A stretch of DNA of 64,000 bases from Promethearchaeota archaeon (GCA_011364975.1 RDOE01000002.1:37188-101187); one strand, 5' to 3'. Positions 47,778 to 58,044 are shown, counted from the first letter of the stretch. The notes: generated by a model not told the origin, from the sequence alone. Translations and numbers: made by a program.

Positions 47778-49595
47778 TTAAAGCTTTTCTCCTTTCATTT
47801 CCTCTTCATATTTTTCTCTACGTTTTTCCAAATATTCAGGAATTGTAACATCCCACCAACCAAGTGCTGGTGAACCAGTATAGGGATACTCTCTTTGAAC
47901 TTCGATTTCTAGTACTGCTGGTTTTTTAGATGCAGCAGCTCTTTCTAAAGCAGGTATAATATCTTGTTTTTTAGAGATTTTCTCAGCATAACATCCAAAA
48001 GCCTCACCTATCTTTGCAAAATCAGGTGTGTAGGTATTACCTTTAGAATCTTCAAAAGCGGTACCATACCCTCTATCTTCCCCAAAAGCCGCTTGCTGTA
48101 GATCTTTTATAGCGATCCAACCATGATTATTTAGTACTATAAAGAAAATATTTTCTAATCCAAGTTGAACAGCCATTGATAATTCTGAAATGGTCATCAT
48201 AAAATCACCATCTCCTACAAGAGCGACAACCTGTCGATCAAATTTACCTATATCAATAGATCCTAACTTAGCACCTATAGCTGCGGGTACACTATAACCC
48301 ATTGTCGAAAAACCACCAGCAGTAATGCAAGTTTTCGGTTCATAAAATTCTAACTCCTGAAGCATTTGAGCCTGAACATTTCCTGAACTGGTTACTATAA
48401 CAGCATCGCGATCAAAAAATTTTCGAATTTCTTTTAAAACAGTAGATATCATTACAGGGATTTTAGTATCATCTCTGTTCTTCTTAAGAAAACTAAACCA
48501 ACTTTCCTTATCCTTCTGCATTTCTTGAAAATATTCGCTATTGATATAATCTTTGGAATAGCCATTCAATTCTGTTAATATTTGCTTTAATGATAATTTA
48601 ACATCTCCAAGAATACCTAGGGTTACAGGATAGTTTTTTCCAATTTCATTAGGATCAATGTCTATTTGAATGAGTTTAGTTGGGGGGATAGAAAAACTAA
48701 CACCTTCCTTATAAGAGCTTGCGGTTTCATCGGCAAATCTACATCCTAAAGCAAGAATTACATCAGCAGTTGAGGTCATTTTTAATCCTATCGTTGTTCC
48801 TTTTGAACCTGCTGACCAACAATAAAGTGGATGGGAATTATCTATGATATCTTTTCCCATCATAGTTACCACAACAGCTGCTCCTAGTTTTTCAGCTAAA
48901 TTTCTCACTTCCTCGCTCGCATTAGAAGTTACAGCACCTCCTCCTATAAATAGAACGGGTCTTTTAGCAGTTTTCAGAATCTCTGTTGCGTCTTTGATAA
49001 GTTCAGGATCTGCCATAATTCTTCCTTTAGGTCTTCTTTCTGTAGGTTCTGGGATTTTAATGTCAATACTATTTGCTTGAACATCCATAGGAAGATCAAT
49101 ATGAACCGGACCTTTCCTTCCTGTTAACATGATGTTAAATGCTCTTTGCATGATTGTAGGTAATTGCCCCACAGTATCTACCTCAAAACTACGCTTTACA
49201 ATTGGTTCTAGAATTTTAGGCATATTGGAATCTTTTTTTCGTTCAATCTCTTGTAAAACTCCTTTCCCTCTCATGTGAACATGGGTATCGCCTGTTATAC
49301 ATAATACTGGAAATGAATCTACATATGCATCAGCAAGACCAATAGCTGTATTGATGGCTCCTGGTCCTATTGAAGTAAACACACATAAGGGCTTGTTAAC
49401 AATCCTATAATACCCTACAGCAAGATGTACTCCTGACATTTCTTGTTTAGGTTGGATTAATTTAAGCTTACTTTTATCTTTATAGAACGCATCGACCAAA
49501 GCTAAACATCCATGACCGGGAATGCCTACAACATAATTTACACCTTCTTTTATTAAATATTTAGCTACAATTTCTCCTCCAGTATATAAGGGCAT
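47778..49595 (-). CDS. Thiamine pyrophosphate-dependent enzyme (acetolactate synthase-like / IolD-like)
   Basis: GIPGHG, QE, TSIGPGA.N, GPVHIDLPMD, STMGY..PAAIG, GDGDFMM...NN. ATG at 49595. Confidence 0.87.
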   Translation of the reverse strand: MPLYTGGEIVAKYLIKEGVNYVVGIPGHGCLALVDAFYKDKSKLKLIQPKQEMSGVHLAVGYYRIVNKPLCVFTSIGPGAINTAIGLADAYVDSFPVLCITGDTHVHMRGKGVLQEIERKKDSNMPKILEPIVKRSFEVDTVGQLPTIMQRAFNIMLTGRKGPVHIDLPMDVQANSIDIKIPEPTERRPKGRIMADPELIKDATEILKTAKRPVLFIGGGAVTSNASEEVRNLAEKLGAAVVVTMMGKDIIDNSHPLYCWSAGSKGTTIGLKMTSTADVILALGCRFADETASSYKEGVSFSIPPTKLIQIDIDPNEIGKNYPVTLGILGDVKLSLKQILTELNGYSKDYINSEYFQEMQKDKESWFSFLKKNRDDTKIPVMISTVLKEIRKFFDRDAVIVTSSGNVQAQMLQELEFYEPKTCITAGGFSTMGYSVPAAIGAKLGSIDIGKFDRQVVALVGDGDFMMTISELSMAVQLGLENIFFIVLNNHGWIAIKDLQQAAFGEDRGYGTAFEDSKGNTYTPDFAKIGEAFGCYAEKISKKQDIIPALERAAASKKPAVLEIEVQREYPYTGSPALGWWDVTIPEYLEKRREKYEEEMKGEKL

Positions 49596-49771
49596 TCTCA
49601 AAACACTCTCATAGAAATAATTGGTTTTTAAATTAATATTATTAAAAATCTTAACTCAAAATTAAGGTTTTATTATCATCAACTTTAAAAATTCATTAAT
49701 CCCCTCCAGTTTATAAGTTGAACATCAAAAAAGTAATTTATACACTATATTAAGATTAATTTCTGAATTAG

Positions 49772-51073
49772 TTGATTAAGAATTTGCCATCTATTTTAGA
49801 AAAAATTCGGGTATTGGGAGAAAACTCAAAATACGACATCTGTGCTAGTACCGCTTCCAGTCGTTCAAAAAAGTATCCAAATTTATTTGGAGATTCAAAA
49901 AGTTGGATAGGGGCTACTGCTAAAGCCGGAATATGTCATAGTTATACTCCTGACGGGCGATGTATGAGTCTTTTCAAAACTTTATACACCAACAAATGTA
50001 TATATAATTGTAAATATTGTTTTTCTCATAACTGCAAGCAGAAAATGAGTTTTACACCAGAGGAATATGCTCAAACCTTCATGAAACTATATTCAATGAA
50101 TGTGGTAGAAGGGGTTTTTATCTCATCAGGAGTATATCGTAGCGCTGACGCAACTACAGATGAAATGTTGGAGGCGATAAAGCTTTTAAGATTCAAATAT
50201 AAATTTCGGGGATATATCCATTTTAAATGCTTGCCTGGTGTAAGTCAATACTTATTGAAAGAAGCTATAAGTTTGACTGATCGTATTTCAATTAATTCAG
50301 AGGCATCTAGTAAGGAACATCTTGCGGAAATTGCTGAACAAAAGGATTTTTATAATGACATAATAATGCGCCAAAGATGGTTAAAAGAAATTCGTATTAA
50401 GCATAATCAAGAGACCCTTAAAAATTTAAAAGATTTAAAGGAAGATTATAAGCTAAATTTTCAAGAAAAAATGATAAAGGCTCACCGTAAGGATGGATAT
50501 AAAACTTTTCGCTGGGATGGAGCTCCCATTCTAAATAGTGGTCAAACTACACAGTTTGTTGTTGGTGCTAGTAAAAATGAAACTGATTTCGATTTATTAA
50601 AAAGGATAGATTGGGGATATAAAGAAATTGATCTTAGAAGAGCTTACTTTTCGTCGTTTATTCCTATAGAGGGAACTCCATTGGCGAATAGACAAGCTGC
50701 TCCACTTACACGAGAACATAGATTATATCAAAGTGATTGGTTACTAAGAATTTACCATTACAAATTAAAAGAATTAAAAGAAATTCTTACAGAAGAAGGA
50801 AATTTACCCGAAGGAGATCCTAAATTGCATTTGGCTAGGCGGAATTTTGAGGATCATGGACCTATTGACCCGAATAAAGCTTCATATTATGAATTGCTAC
50901 GTATACCAGGTATTGGGCCCATATCGGCAAAAAGAATTATAAATTTACGCGCTAAAAAATTTATATTTAAACGTCGTGCTGAGTTAAAATCAGTTGGTGT
51001 AGTACTCAAACGGGCTGATCCTTTCCTTTTAATAAGCGGTCAAAATCAAAAAATTTTAACTAAATATATTTAA
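49772..51073 (+). CDS. Putative DNA modification/repair radical SAM protein with C-terminal helix-hairpin-helix
   Basis: KYDICAS, GICHSYTPDGRC.SLFK.L.TNKCIYNCKYC, GYIHFK, GQTTQFVVGA, REHRLYQSDWLLR.Y, ELLRIPGIGPISA. Confidence 0.9.
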   Translation: MIKNLPSILEKIRVLGENSKYDICASTASSRSKKYPNLFGDSKSWIGATAKAGICHSYTPDGRCMSLFKTLYTNKCIYNCKYCFSHNCKQKMSFTPEEYAQTFMKLYSMNVVEGVFISSGVYRSADATTDEMLEAIKLLRFKYKFRGYIHFKCLPGVSQYLLKEAISLTDRISINSEASSKEHLAEIAEQKDFYNDIIMRQRWLKEIRIKHNQETLKNLKDLKEDYKLNFQEKMIKAHRKDGYKTFRWDGAPILNSGQTTQFVVGASKNETDFDLLKRIDWGYKEIDLRRAYFSSFIPIEGTPLANRQAAPLTREHRLYQSDWLLRIYHYKLKELKEILTEEGNLPEGDPKLHLARRNFEDHGPIDPNKASYYELLRIPGIGPISAKRIINLRAKKFIFKRRAELKSVGVVLKRADPFLLISGQNQKILTKYI

Positions 51074-51097
51074 GTCATACACAGGTCAAAACTCTAG

Positions 51098-51772
51098 ATG
51101 ATGAAATCTATGAAAGAACCAAAAAGAAAAAAAGATCCTTTAGAAGTAAAAGGACGAGCAAAAGGATATTCTTGTGAAGAACTAGTTAAAAACCTTAAAA
51201 GACATTCTTCGTTTAGTCCAATTTTAATTCAACAAATAAAAAAAACGCCAAATGAAGTTTTACGTAATTTTGGGACTCCCTTTGCTAAAAAAGTGAATAA
51301 AATGATGAGAGAAGTTTTTACTGAAGCATATCGAGCAAAGCAATTTACTCGAACTAAAATTAATAATCGTGGTGTTTTATATGGTATTGTCTTATTAAGG
51401 CATAAAGTTATGGATCTAGTTTTGAAATATTTTCACGAAAGATGGCCAGAGTGCGTTGTTTGTCTTTATAATGAACATAACCTAAAAACAGGAATAATTA
51501 ATGAAAATGGAAGTATTATTGAAATGAACAAATCTCTTAAAGAAACTATTGAATATATTAGTAAAGACAGGGAAATTTTTCCCTACTTTAATGATATTCA
51601 ATTTTCAGGAGAAGAAATCTTTGAAACATTATATAACTCACAAAATATTCCGGAAAGAGAAAATTATAGATATTTTAGAAGTATGATTCCAAAAGCTTGC
51701 TTCGAATTACCTGGTATGAGAGGTGGGGTGGAGAAGCAATTTAAGAATAAAAAAATTAATGATTATTTTTGA
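51098..51772 (+). CDS. DUF4130-like partner of the radical SAM protein
   Basis: REV..EAYRAKQFTR, H.V...V..YF.ERWP, Y.SQNIPEREN...F...IPK; canonical position downstream of the radical SAM gene. Confidence 0.75.
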   Translation: MMKSMKEPKRKKDPLEVKGRAKGYSCEELVKNLKRHSSFSPILIQQIKKTPNEVLRNFGTPFAKKVNKMMREVFTEAYRAKQFTRTKINNRGVLYGIVLLRHKVMDLVLKYFHERWPECVVCLYNEHNLKTGIINENGSIIEMNKSLKETIEYISKDREIFPYFNDIQFSGEEIFETLYNSQNIPERENYRYFRSMIPKACFELPGMRGGVEKQFKNKKINDYF

Positions 51773-51791
51773 AAAAAAATAAAAGCCAATT

Positions 51792-52568
51792 TTAAATTAT
51801 TTTGGCAAATATTTCTTTAGCTTCTACGTAGGACGAATTTTTTTCTGATAACTCTAATAGATTTCCACCCAATAAATTAATTTTGGCAATCTCATCATTA
51901 TTAGAAATAAATCCAAGTAGTGTTACATTCTCTTTATTTACTTTCTTAAGTTCATCTAATAAAATATCTCTTAAATTTTCCGGAAATCGGTTACCAAGAA
52001 TCCAGATATTTTCAAATTTAAGATTTACCTCATCGGTAATTTCAAGAATTCTTTTAAGCGTATGAATTCCCATTTTTGAGGGATCTGAAACAATAATCAA
52101 ATCTGTAACATCTCTTCCCGTTTTTCTCGCAAAATGTTCTAAACCAGCGGGAGAATCCAGAAGAGTGATATCATAATTCTTTGAGAGAGTGTCTATAACC
52201 TTCTTAAGGACATCATTAATATAACAATAGCATCCCTCTCCTTCACTCCTTCCCATTTCTAGTAAGTCAAAATCATCCATTTCTATAAGACAGCTATAAA
52301 CATCAGATTCTATTAATTGATTTTTAGGAATATTAGGTGCTAATTTTAAACTTTGAATTTTGTCCTTTAACACTTTCATTTTACCCCCAATAGTATCACA
52401 AAATTGTATTTCTTCGCCTATAACATCTGCCACATTAGCATCGGGATCTGAATCAATAACGAGAATATCTTTTGCTTTCTTATTATCAATTATATATTTT
52501 AAAAAGAGGGCTAGACTCGTGGTTTTACCCACTCCACCTTTTCCCGCAAATGCAATAATTTTATTCAT
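51792..52568 (-). CDS. cooC: CooC/AcsF-type nickel-insertion ATPase (CODH/ACS maturation)
   Basis: GKGGVGKTT, IDSDPDAN, MGRSEGEGCYC, DSPAGLEHFARK. Confidence 0.87.
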   Translation of the reverse strand: MNKIIAFAGKGGVGKTTSLALFLKYIIDNKKAKDILVIDSDPDANVADVIGEEIQFCDTIGGKMKVLKDKIQSLKLAPNIPKNQLIESDVYSCLIEMDDFDLLEMGRSEGEGCYCYINDVLKKVIDTLSKNYDITLLDSPAGLEHFARKTGRDVTDLIIVSDPSKMGIHTLKRILEITDEVNLKFENIWILGNRFPENLRDILLDELKKVNKENVTLLGFISNNDEIAKINLLGGNLLELSEKNSSYVEAKEIFAKII

Positions 52569-52717
52569 TTTCTCTCTATCATTTTTATGATTATAATAAT
52601 ACTAGAAGAGAATTCTATTAAGATTAAAAATTTATTTTTCATATAATAAAAAGGAGCAATTATAAAATAATTTAAAATTAAAGAAGATAAATGATTACTT
52701 TGATAAATAATAAGTAT

Positions 52718-53533
52718 TTATTCTTGACGATAAACAGGAACAATTTTGGAAGTGAATTCGTCTAATGTATAAGGAAATTCTTCTTCACTGGAGATCTTTC
52801 CTAATTCAAGCATTATCTGTCGGGCTAGAAGCCAAAAAGCTACTCCTAAGGCCTTTTTACCGCGATTGTTCGCAGGAACTGCTAGATCTATCCCATCGAG
52901 CGTATCATCAGTATCAAAAAGAGCAACGACGGGTATTCGCGCTAATTTAGCTTCTCTTAGGATAACTTTATCAGCATGGGGATCAACTATTACTACTACT
53001 GAAGCATCTTTAATATAATCATCAATCAACGGGTTTGTAAGAGAGCCAGGGATAAATCTATCTGTAATCGCTCTGCACCCTAAAGCTTTGCAAAATTTTT
53101 TTACTGGTTCTTTTCCATATCGTCTTACGGAGGTTACGATTACTTTATCACTACCTTCTTCAACATATTTACTTAAAAATTTTGCAGCAATAGTCAACCG
53201 TTCATCGGTTTTGTTTAAATCAATAACATATAATCCATAATTCGTTTGTCTATAAATAAATCTTCGAGCATCTCCCGTTAATAATTTTGTACCGATATGA
53301 ATTCCACAACTTAAATAAAGTTGCTTTTTCTCCTCATCTTTATCAATTATTTTTTCTAGTCCTTCAACTTCTGCTTCTATGTCATTAGCGTCGAGTAATT
53401 CAAGTTCTTCTTCTAAATCCAATTCCTCTTCAAAATCCTCTACGAAATCCTCTTCAAAATCTTCATCTAACTCTTCTAAATTCTTTTTATCTTCTTTCTC
53501 TGATTTTTCGGTTTTTTTCTTTTTTTTAGCCAA
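52718..53533 (-). CDS. rps2: 30S ribosomal protein uS2 with a long charged N-terminal extension
   Basis: GIHIGT, GLYVIDL, RFIPGSLTNP, DP..D..EA...IPVVAL.DTD, PANNRG, WLLAR. Confidence 0.95.
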   Translation of the reverse strand: MAKKKKKTEKSEKEDKKNLEELDEDFEEDFVEDFEEELDLEEELELLDANDIEAEVEGLEKIIDKDEEKKQLYLSCGIHIGTKLLTGDARRFIYRQTNYGLYVIDLNKTDERLTIAAKFLSKYVEEGSDKVIVTSVRRYGKEPVKKFCKALGCRAITDRFIPGSLTNPLIDDYIKDASVVVIVDPHADKVILREAKLARIPVVALFDTDDTLDGIDLAVPANNRGKKALGVAFWLLARQIMLELGKISSEEEFPYTLDEFTSKIVPVYRQE

Positions 53534-53738
53534 TGTATATACCCTGAAATGAAAGATTTAGTATATTATAATAACAATTTTAGATGTTTTAAATAAGCCA
53601 TCATAATTTTAATATTTTATTAAAAGAAATCTTCTATTTCTCATAGAACTAAAGATTTAATATAGCATGATAATTTAAATTATTATTATCCTAAAAAACA
53701 ATATATTGAAATTATAATTACAACATTACTACGGAATT

Positions 53739-54227
53739 ATGGTCTCTTACCGATTAGTTATTGGCATAACAGCTGGAATTACTATGAGTTTTTTTACAAT
53801 ATTCTTCTTTAATATGACGGATATATTAGTACAATTGAATCTTTATCTTCAAACAGATGTATTAAAATCAATCATAATATTATTAGGGGCTAATTTTAAA
53901 TTTGATATCATTTCGTTTTTTGCCGGAACGCCATCTTTTTTCGACTTTTTCGCACCTCAGTTGCTAGCAAGTATTTTTATTGGATTTTTAAGTGGAACTA
54001 TCGCCAAAGGTTTAAAAAGAGGTTTAATTGCTAGTTTAATTGTTGTTGTTGTTGATTTCTTAATTTGGATGTTATTGAGTGTCATTTCAGGAGAAGATTT
54101 AATGGCATTATTTCAAGGAGGACAGCTTTCTGCCACAATTGGAGGTGTATTAAGTGCTGTTATTGGTTCACTTCTAGGAGGTATCGTTGGAGGGGCAATC
54201 AGTGGTCCATATGAAGAAGTTTATTAA
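53739..54227 (+). CDS. Hypothetical membrane protein (about 4 TM, Gly-rich)
   Basis: Hydrophobic helices with a GxxxG-rich C-terminus. Confidence 0.7.
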   Translation: MVSYRLVIGITAGITMSFFTIFFFNMTDILVQLNLYLQTDVLKSIIILLGANFKFDIISFFAGTPSFFDFFAPQLLASIFIGFLSGTIAKGLKRGLIASLIVVVVDFLIWMLLSVISGEDLMALFQGGQLSATIGGVLSAVIGSLLGGIVGGAISGPYEEVY

Positions 54228-54359
54228 AGGTTTTTTATAAAGATTAAATTTAACTTTCATTCTGAAATTTATGGTTTTACGCGATGATTTTTACCCCTTT
54301 AGTATTAATTTTTATATGAATAATTAAATCTTAAAATTATTATTTATTTTTATAAAGCA

Positions 54360-54893
54360 ATGGATATCGAAGATATATTACCTTCACGAGATATTGCATT
54401 TGAATTACTTAAAAAGAAAAAAGTACCATATCATGTAAGAAAACATTCAATTAAAGTAGCTGAAAAAGCATTAGAAATTGTTGAAAGCATAAAAAGTGTT
54501 AAGCTTAACAATGATTTAGTAGAAATAGGTTCTTTACTACATGATATTGGAAGATCGAAGACTCATGGATTTAATCATGCTTTAATTGGAGGAAAAATAT
54601 TAAAAGAAATGGGATATCCTAGTGAGCTTGCGAGAATTTGCGAGACCCACATCTTAGGAGGATTGGATAAAGTAGATGCTAAGTCAGTAGGTTTACCCGA
54701 AAAAAATTACTTACCTAATACCCTCGAGGAAAAAATAATTTGCCTTGCAGATAAAATGATGGCAGGAACTAAGGAAGTAACCATAGAAGAGAGATTTAAT
54801 AAATGGTTTTCTAAATATGGAAGAACAGATATCCTTGTTAAAGCAAAAAAGAGAATAGACGCAATTCAAAAGGAAATTGAGGATTTACAATAA
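54360..54893 (+). CDS. HDIG-type HD-domain phosphohydrolase
   Basis: HS..V, LLHDIGRS.TH...H...G, ETH..GG, P.TLEEKII..AD. Confidence 0.88.
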   Translation: MDIEDILPSRDIAFELLKKKKVPYHVRKHSIKVAEKALEIVESIKSVKLNNDLVEIGSLLHDIGRSKTHGFNHALIGGKILKEMGYPSELARICETHILGGLDKVDAKSVGLPEKNYLPNTLEEKIICLADKMMAGTKEVTIEERFNKWFSKYGRTDILVKAKKRIDAIQKEIEDLQ

Positions 54894-55394
54894 ATCCCCT
54901 TTTTTAATTTTATTTTTAAGCTGATTTAAAATGCCCCCATCTTTTAATATAGCGATTATAAAGTCGGGCAATTTTTGAAACAGCAATTTCACGTTTTTGC
55001 TTTTATTTAACAATTCTCCCTTATGAAGGGATATTTCCACCTTATCGTTTGTGGAAAAATTCCTAGCTTCCCAAGGCATTGTAATTGGAGGTATACCGTT
55101 GTTGATTAAATTTCTGAAATAGATTCGAGCAAATGATTTTGCGATGATTGCTTTAATGCCAAGAATTTTAAATACATTTACAGCTTCTTCTCGTGAGCTT
55201 CCAGTACCAAAATTCTCACCTGCTAAAATAATAGTTTCCACATTAACTTTGCTTATAAATTTTGGATCAATAAATCTCAACGTATGTTTGGCTATTTCAT
55301 TTGGATCTCGCATTGTAAGGGTATAACTAGGAACGATATCGTCTGTGTTTATATCATCACCTAATATGTAAATCCAACCTTTAATAAGATCCAT
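54885..55394 (-). CDS. leuD: 3-isopropylmalate dehydratase/homoaconitase small subunit
   Basis: GDDINTDDIVP, AGENFGTGSSRE, AKSFARIYFRN.IN.G. The real ATG is at 55394, just after the leuC stop. Confidence 0.88.
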   Translation of the reverse strand: MDLIKGWIYILGDDINTDDIVPSYTLTMRDPNEIAKHTLRFIDPKFISKVNVETIILAGENFGTGSSREEAVNVFKILGIKAIIAKSFARIYFRNLINNGIPPITMPWEARNFSTNDKVEISLHKGELLNKSKNVKLLFQKLPDFIIAILKDGGILNQLKNKIKKGDLL

Positions 55395-55396
55395 TA

Positions 55397-56656
55397 TTAA
55401 AGTGCCTCCCTCGGATCTGTAATTTTGCCTTTTAGTGCTGATGCTGCAACAGTCGCAGGTGAAGCTAAATAAATTTGTGATGTGGGAGCGCCCATTCTTC
55501 CAATAAAATTTCGGTTTGTGCTGCTCAAGCATATTTCGTCTGGACCTAATACACCTAAATGACCTCCAATACACGCACCACATGTAGAATGAGTAACAAC
55601 AGCCCCTGATTGTAAGAAAATTTCAATTAATCCTTCGGATAAAGCGTTCATATAAATTTCTTTTGAGGCAGGAGTTATGATTAATCTAGTTCTATTTGAA
55701 ATTGTTTTACCTTTTAAAATTTGAGCTGCAATTCTCAAATCTTCCATCCTTCCATTAGTACAACTCCCCAAAAATGCTTGATCGATTTCAATATCTTCTA
55801 CTTCCTCAATTTTAGCAACATTATCTGGATTAGAAGGTTTAGCAACTACAGGAGTTATATCTGTTAGATCATATTCAAAAATCTTCTCATATACTGCATC
55901 ATGATCTGGAATAATAGGAGTATATTGCTCTATCGTTCTATTTTTTAACCATAATTCAAGCTTTTTATCATGCAGAAAAGTACCAAATTTAGCACCAGCC
56001 TCGACAACCATATTTGAAATTGTCATTCTAGAATCAATCGATAGCATTTCTGCTCCTACTCCATAAAATTCCAATGATTTGTATATAGCGCCTTTGGTAG
56101 TTATATCCCCGATATAAGTCAAAATAAAATCTTTAGACATTACTCCTTTTTTGAATTTACCAGTTAACTCAATTTTATAACTTTCAGGCACTTTAAACCA
56201 AAGATTACCTGTTGCAAAAACTACTGAAACATCAGCAGCGCCTATCCCGGTCGAAAGGCAATTAAACGCACCATAAGTCGTAGTGTGACTATCTGAGCCT
56301 ACAATTAGCATACCAGGCCTCGCAAAACCCATTTCAGGTAAAACTTGATGACATATCCCTTTATTAATTCCCATATTATGAATAAATCCGAATCTTTCTG
56401 CAAATTCCCTACAATCTTGATGCATCTGAGCAGCAGAAATTGTTGGTGCCGGAACCCAGTGATCTAAAATGAAGAAAATTTTATTAGGATCCCAAACCTT
56501 ATCTAATTCTAGTTTTTCATATTCTTTGTTGATTCTACCACCTAATTGTTCATGAACCATTATCAAATCAATTTTAGCATCAACAAATTCACCTGTATAA
56601 ACTTTTTCTGAGGTACAATGTGTTTGTAAGATTTTTTGAGCAATAGTTTGATTCAT
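55397..56656 (-). CDS. leuC: 3-isopropylmalate dehydratase/homoaconitase large subunit
   Basis: DH, GICHQV, GSDSHTTTYGA, GSCTNGR, CGACIG, STNRNF.GRMG. Substrate (Leu vs Lys/other) unresolved. Confidence 0.88.
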   Translation of the reverse strand: MNQTIAQKILQTHCTSEKVYTGEFVDAKIDLIMVHEQLGGRINKEYEKLELDKVWDPNKIFFILDHWVPAPTISAAQMHQDCREFAERFGFIHNMGINKGICHQVLPEMGFARPGMLIVGSDSHTTTYGAFNCLSTGIGAADVSVVFATGNLWFKVPESYKIELTGKFKKGVMSKDFILTYIGDITTKGAIYKSLEFYGVGAEMLSIDSRMTISNMVVEAGAKFGTFLHDKKLELWLKNRTIEQYTPIIPDHDAVYEKIFEYDLTDITPVVAKPSNPDNVAKIEEVEDIEIDQAFLGSCTNGRMEDLRIAAQILKGKTISNRTRLIITPASKEIYMNALSEGLIEIFLQSGAVVTHSTCGACIGGHLGVLGPDEICLSSTNRNFIGRMGAPTSQIYLASPATVAASALKGKITDPREAL

Positions 56657-57903
56657 TCTATTTCACAATATAACTCCTTATTTTTACATAATTTATCATA
56701 ATCATTATCCATCATTAAAATTAATCTATGCACTAATTTACATGTATCTAATAATACTTGAGGATCAACTTTATCTGGAGTATCTTTAATAGTGTGGGTG
56801 TAAAGGGCAGCAGCTCTAGTAGTTATATCAATTGCATCAAAATTTCTTAAATGAAAGGGTACTGTATCAGTATGAGCACCAATACTTAAATGAAATCCTT
56901 TAACATTAATATTTTCTTTTTTTGCTGCTAGATTTACATACTTGCTTATTAGTGGAGCAATTTTTTTACGGAAAACAATCCCATATGATTCAAAATATTG
57001 AATATAATTTTCATTATGACAAGAACAAGAAATCATATCAAAGTTAATTTGAAAAACTCGTCCTTTTTTGAATTGATGCTCATTATCATTCACAAAAAAC
57101 CTAGACCCCATTGTTCCTAATTCTTCTCCTGAGAATTGGCAAAACCATAAATTGAAATTATTTAAAGGATGCTCTGAGAAATATTCACATAATTCAAATA
57201 CAATTGCCATTCCTGATGCATTATCAAGAGCTCCCGGGGAGTTATTTCCTGTATTTAAAAATAATAATAGGATATTAGAAAATGAGATTATACTAGAGGA
57301 TATCCAAGCGCCATATAATGTAATATAAAATGAAATGGGTAAATTTCCAAATAAAATTATCACATAAAGAATATAGAATGCTCCAAAGGCTATTCCACTA
57401 TAAGCCCATAATCGATAAAATGCTACACGCTGAAATGTTGTGTAGGTTTGAGATTTTGAATCTAAATGAGCTGAAATTATAATGTTTCCAGCGTCGTTTT
57501 GAGGAAGTTTCTTAGCAGGAATTTTTACATAAACATTTGTAGCACTTAATGTTTCTCCAAAATACTCACCCCAAAAACCAGGAAATTCAGGATGTTTTAA
57601 TCTTCTGATCAATAAATAAATAAAGATAATCATACCTCCAATTAGAATAATTGTTAAAGAGACGTGAATATAAGCGAAAAGCATTAGTACTAAATTGAAA
57701 ATTAAGTGAAGTATCATTATCAATTTAACTAGCGTAGTGGAGTAGAAATCTGAAAACTTAAAATCTCGTTTTATAATTAGCGCTTCATCAATACCAATTT
57801 CCTCAAATGATTCTACTGTGAGTTTAACCGCTCTTTTTTCTCCATCTGTTCCTGCTAAGCGAGGAAAACTGAAATTTTTAACATAAGCGAATAACTTCTT
57901 CAA
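56653..57903 (-). CDS. M28 family peptidase with internal TM hairpins (paralogue of 44939..46102)
   Basis: SFPRLAGT, SAHLDSK, GALDNASG, GEELGTMGS, NFDM, HT..D. Confidence 0.82.
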   Translation of the reverse strand: MKKLFAYVKNFSFPRLAGTDGEKRAVKLTVESFEEIGIDEALIIKRDFKFSDFYSTTLVKLIMILHLIFNLVLMLFAYIHVSLTIILIGGMIIFIYLLIRRLKHPEFPGFWGEYFGETLSATNVYVKIPAKKLPQNDAGNIIISAHLDSKSQTYTTFQRVAFYRLWAYSGIAFGAFYILYVIILFGNLPISFYITLYGAWISSSIISFSNILLLFLNTGNNSPGALDNASGMAIVFELCEYFSEHPLNNFNLWFCQFSGEELGTMGSRFFVNDNEHQFKKGRVFQINFDMISCSCHNENYIQYFESYGIVFRKKIAPLISKYVNLAAKKENINVKGFHLSIGAHTDTVPFHLRNFDAIDITTRAAALYTHTIKDTPDKVDPQVLLDTCKLVHRLILMMDNDYDKLCKNKELYCEIE

Positions 57904-58044
57904 ACTAAATAACTCCTTCCCTTGTTTTTGATTTTGCGAAATGTAGATTTACCTCTTATTTATTAAATGAATCCAATTAAGCTTGATAATTATCCACCAA
58001 ATTTGTAGAATAAAATGAAAAATTTATGTTTATTTATTTTAAAA

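Noticed and set aside
53430-53500. Short tandem DNA repeats (TCTTCAAAATCC-like) in rps2
   Set aside because: They are explained by the low-complexity EDFEE coding sequence and are not an independent repeat element.
54360-54893. HD protein as MptB cyclic phosphodiesterase or a CRISPR Cas3 HD domain
   Set aside because: It is far from the pterin cluster, no cas genes are present, and it looks like a generic stand-alone archaeal HDIG protein.
55395-55583. 63-aa N-terminal extension of leuD in the ORF track
   Set aside because: It overlaps leuC in another frame; family similarity begins at the ATG at 55394.
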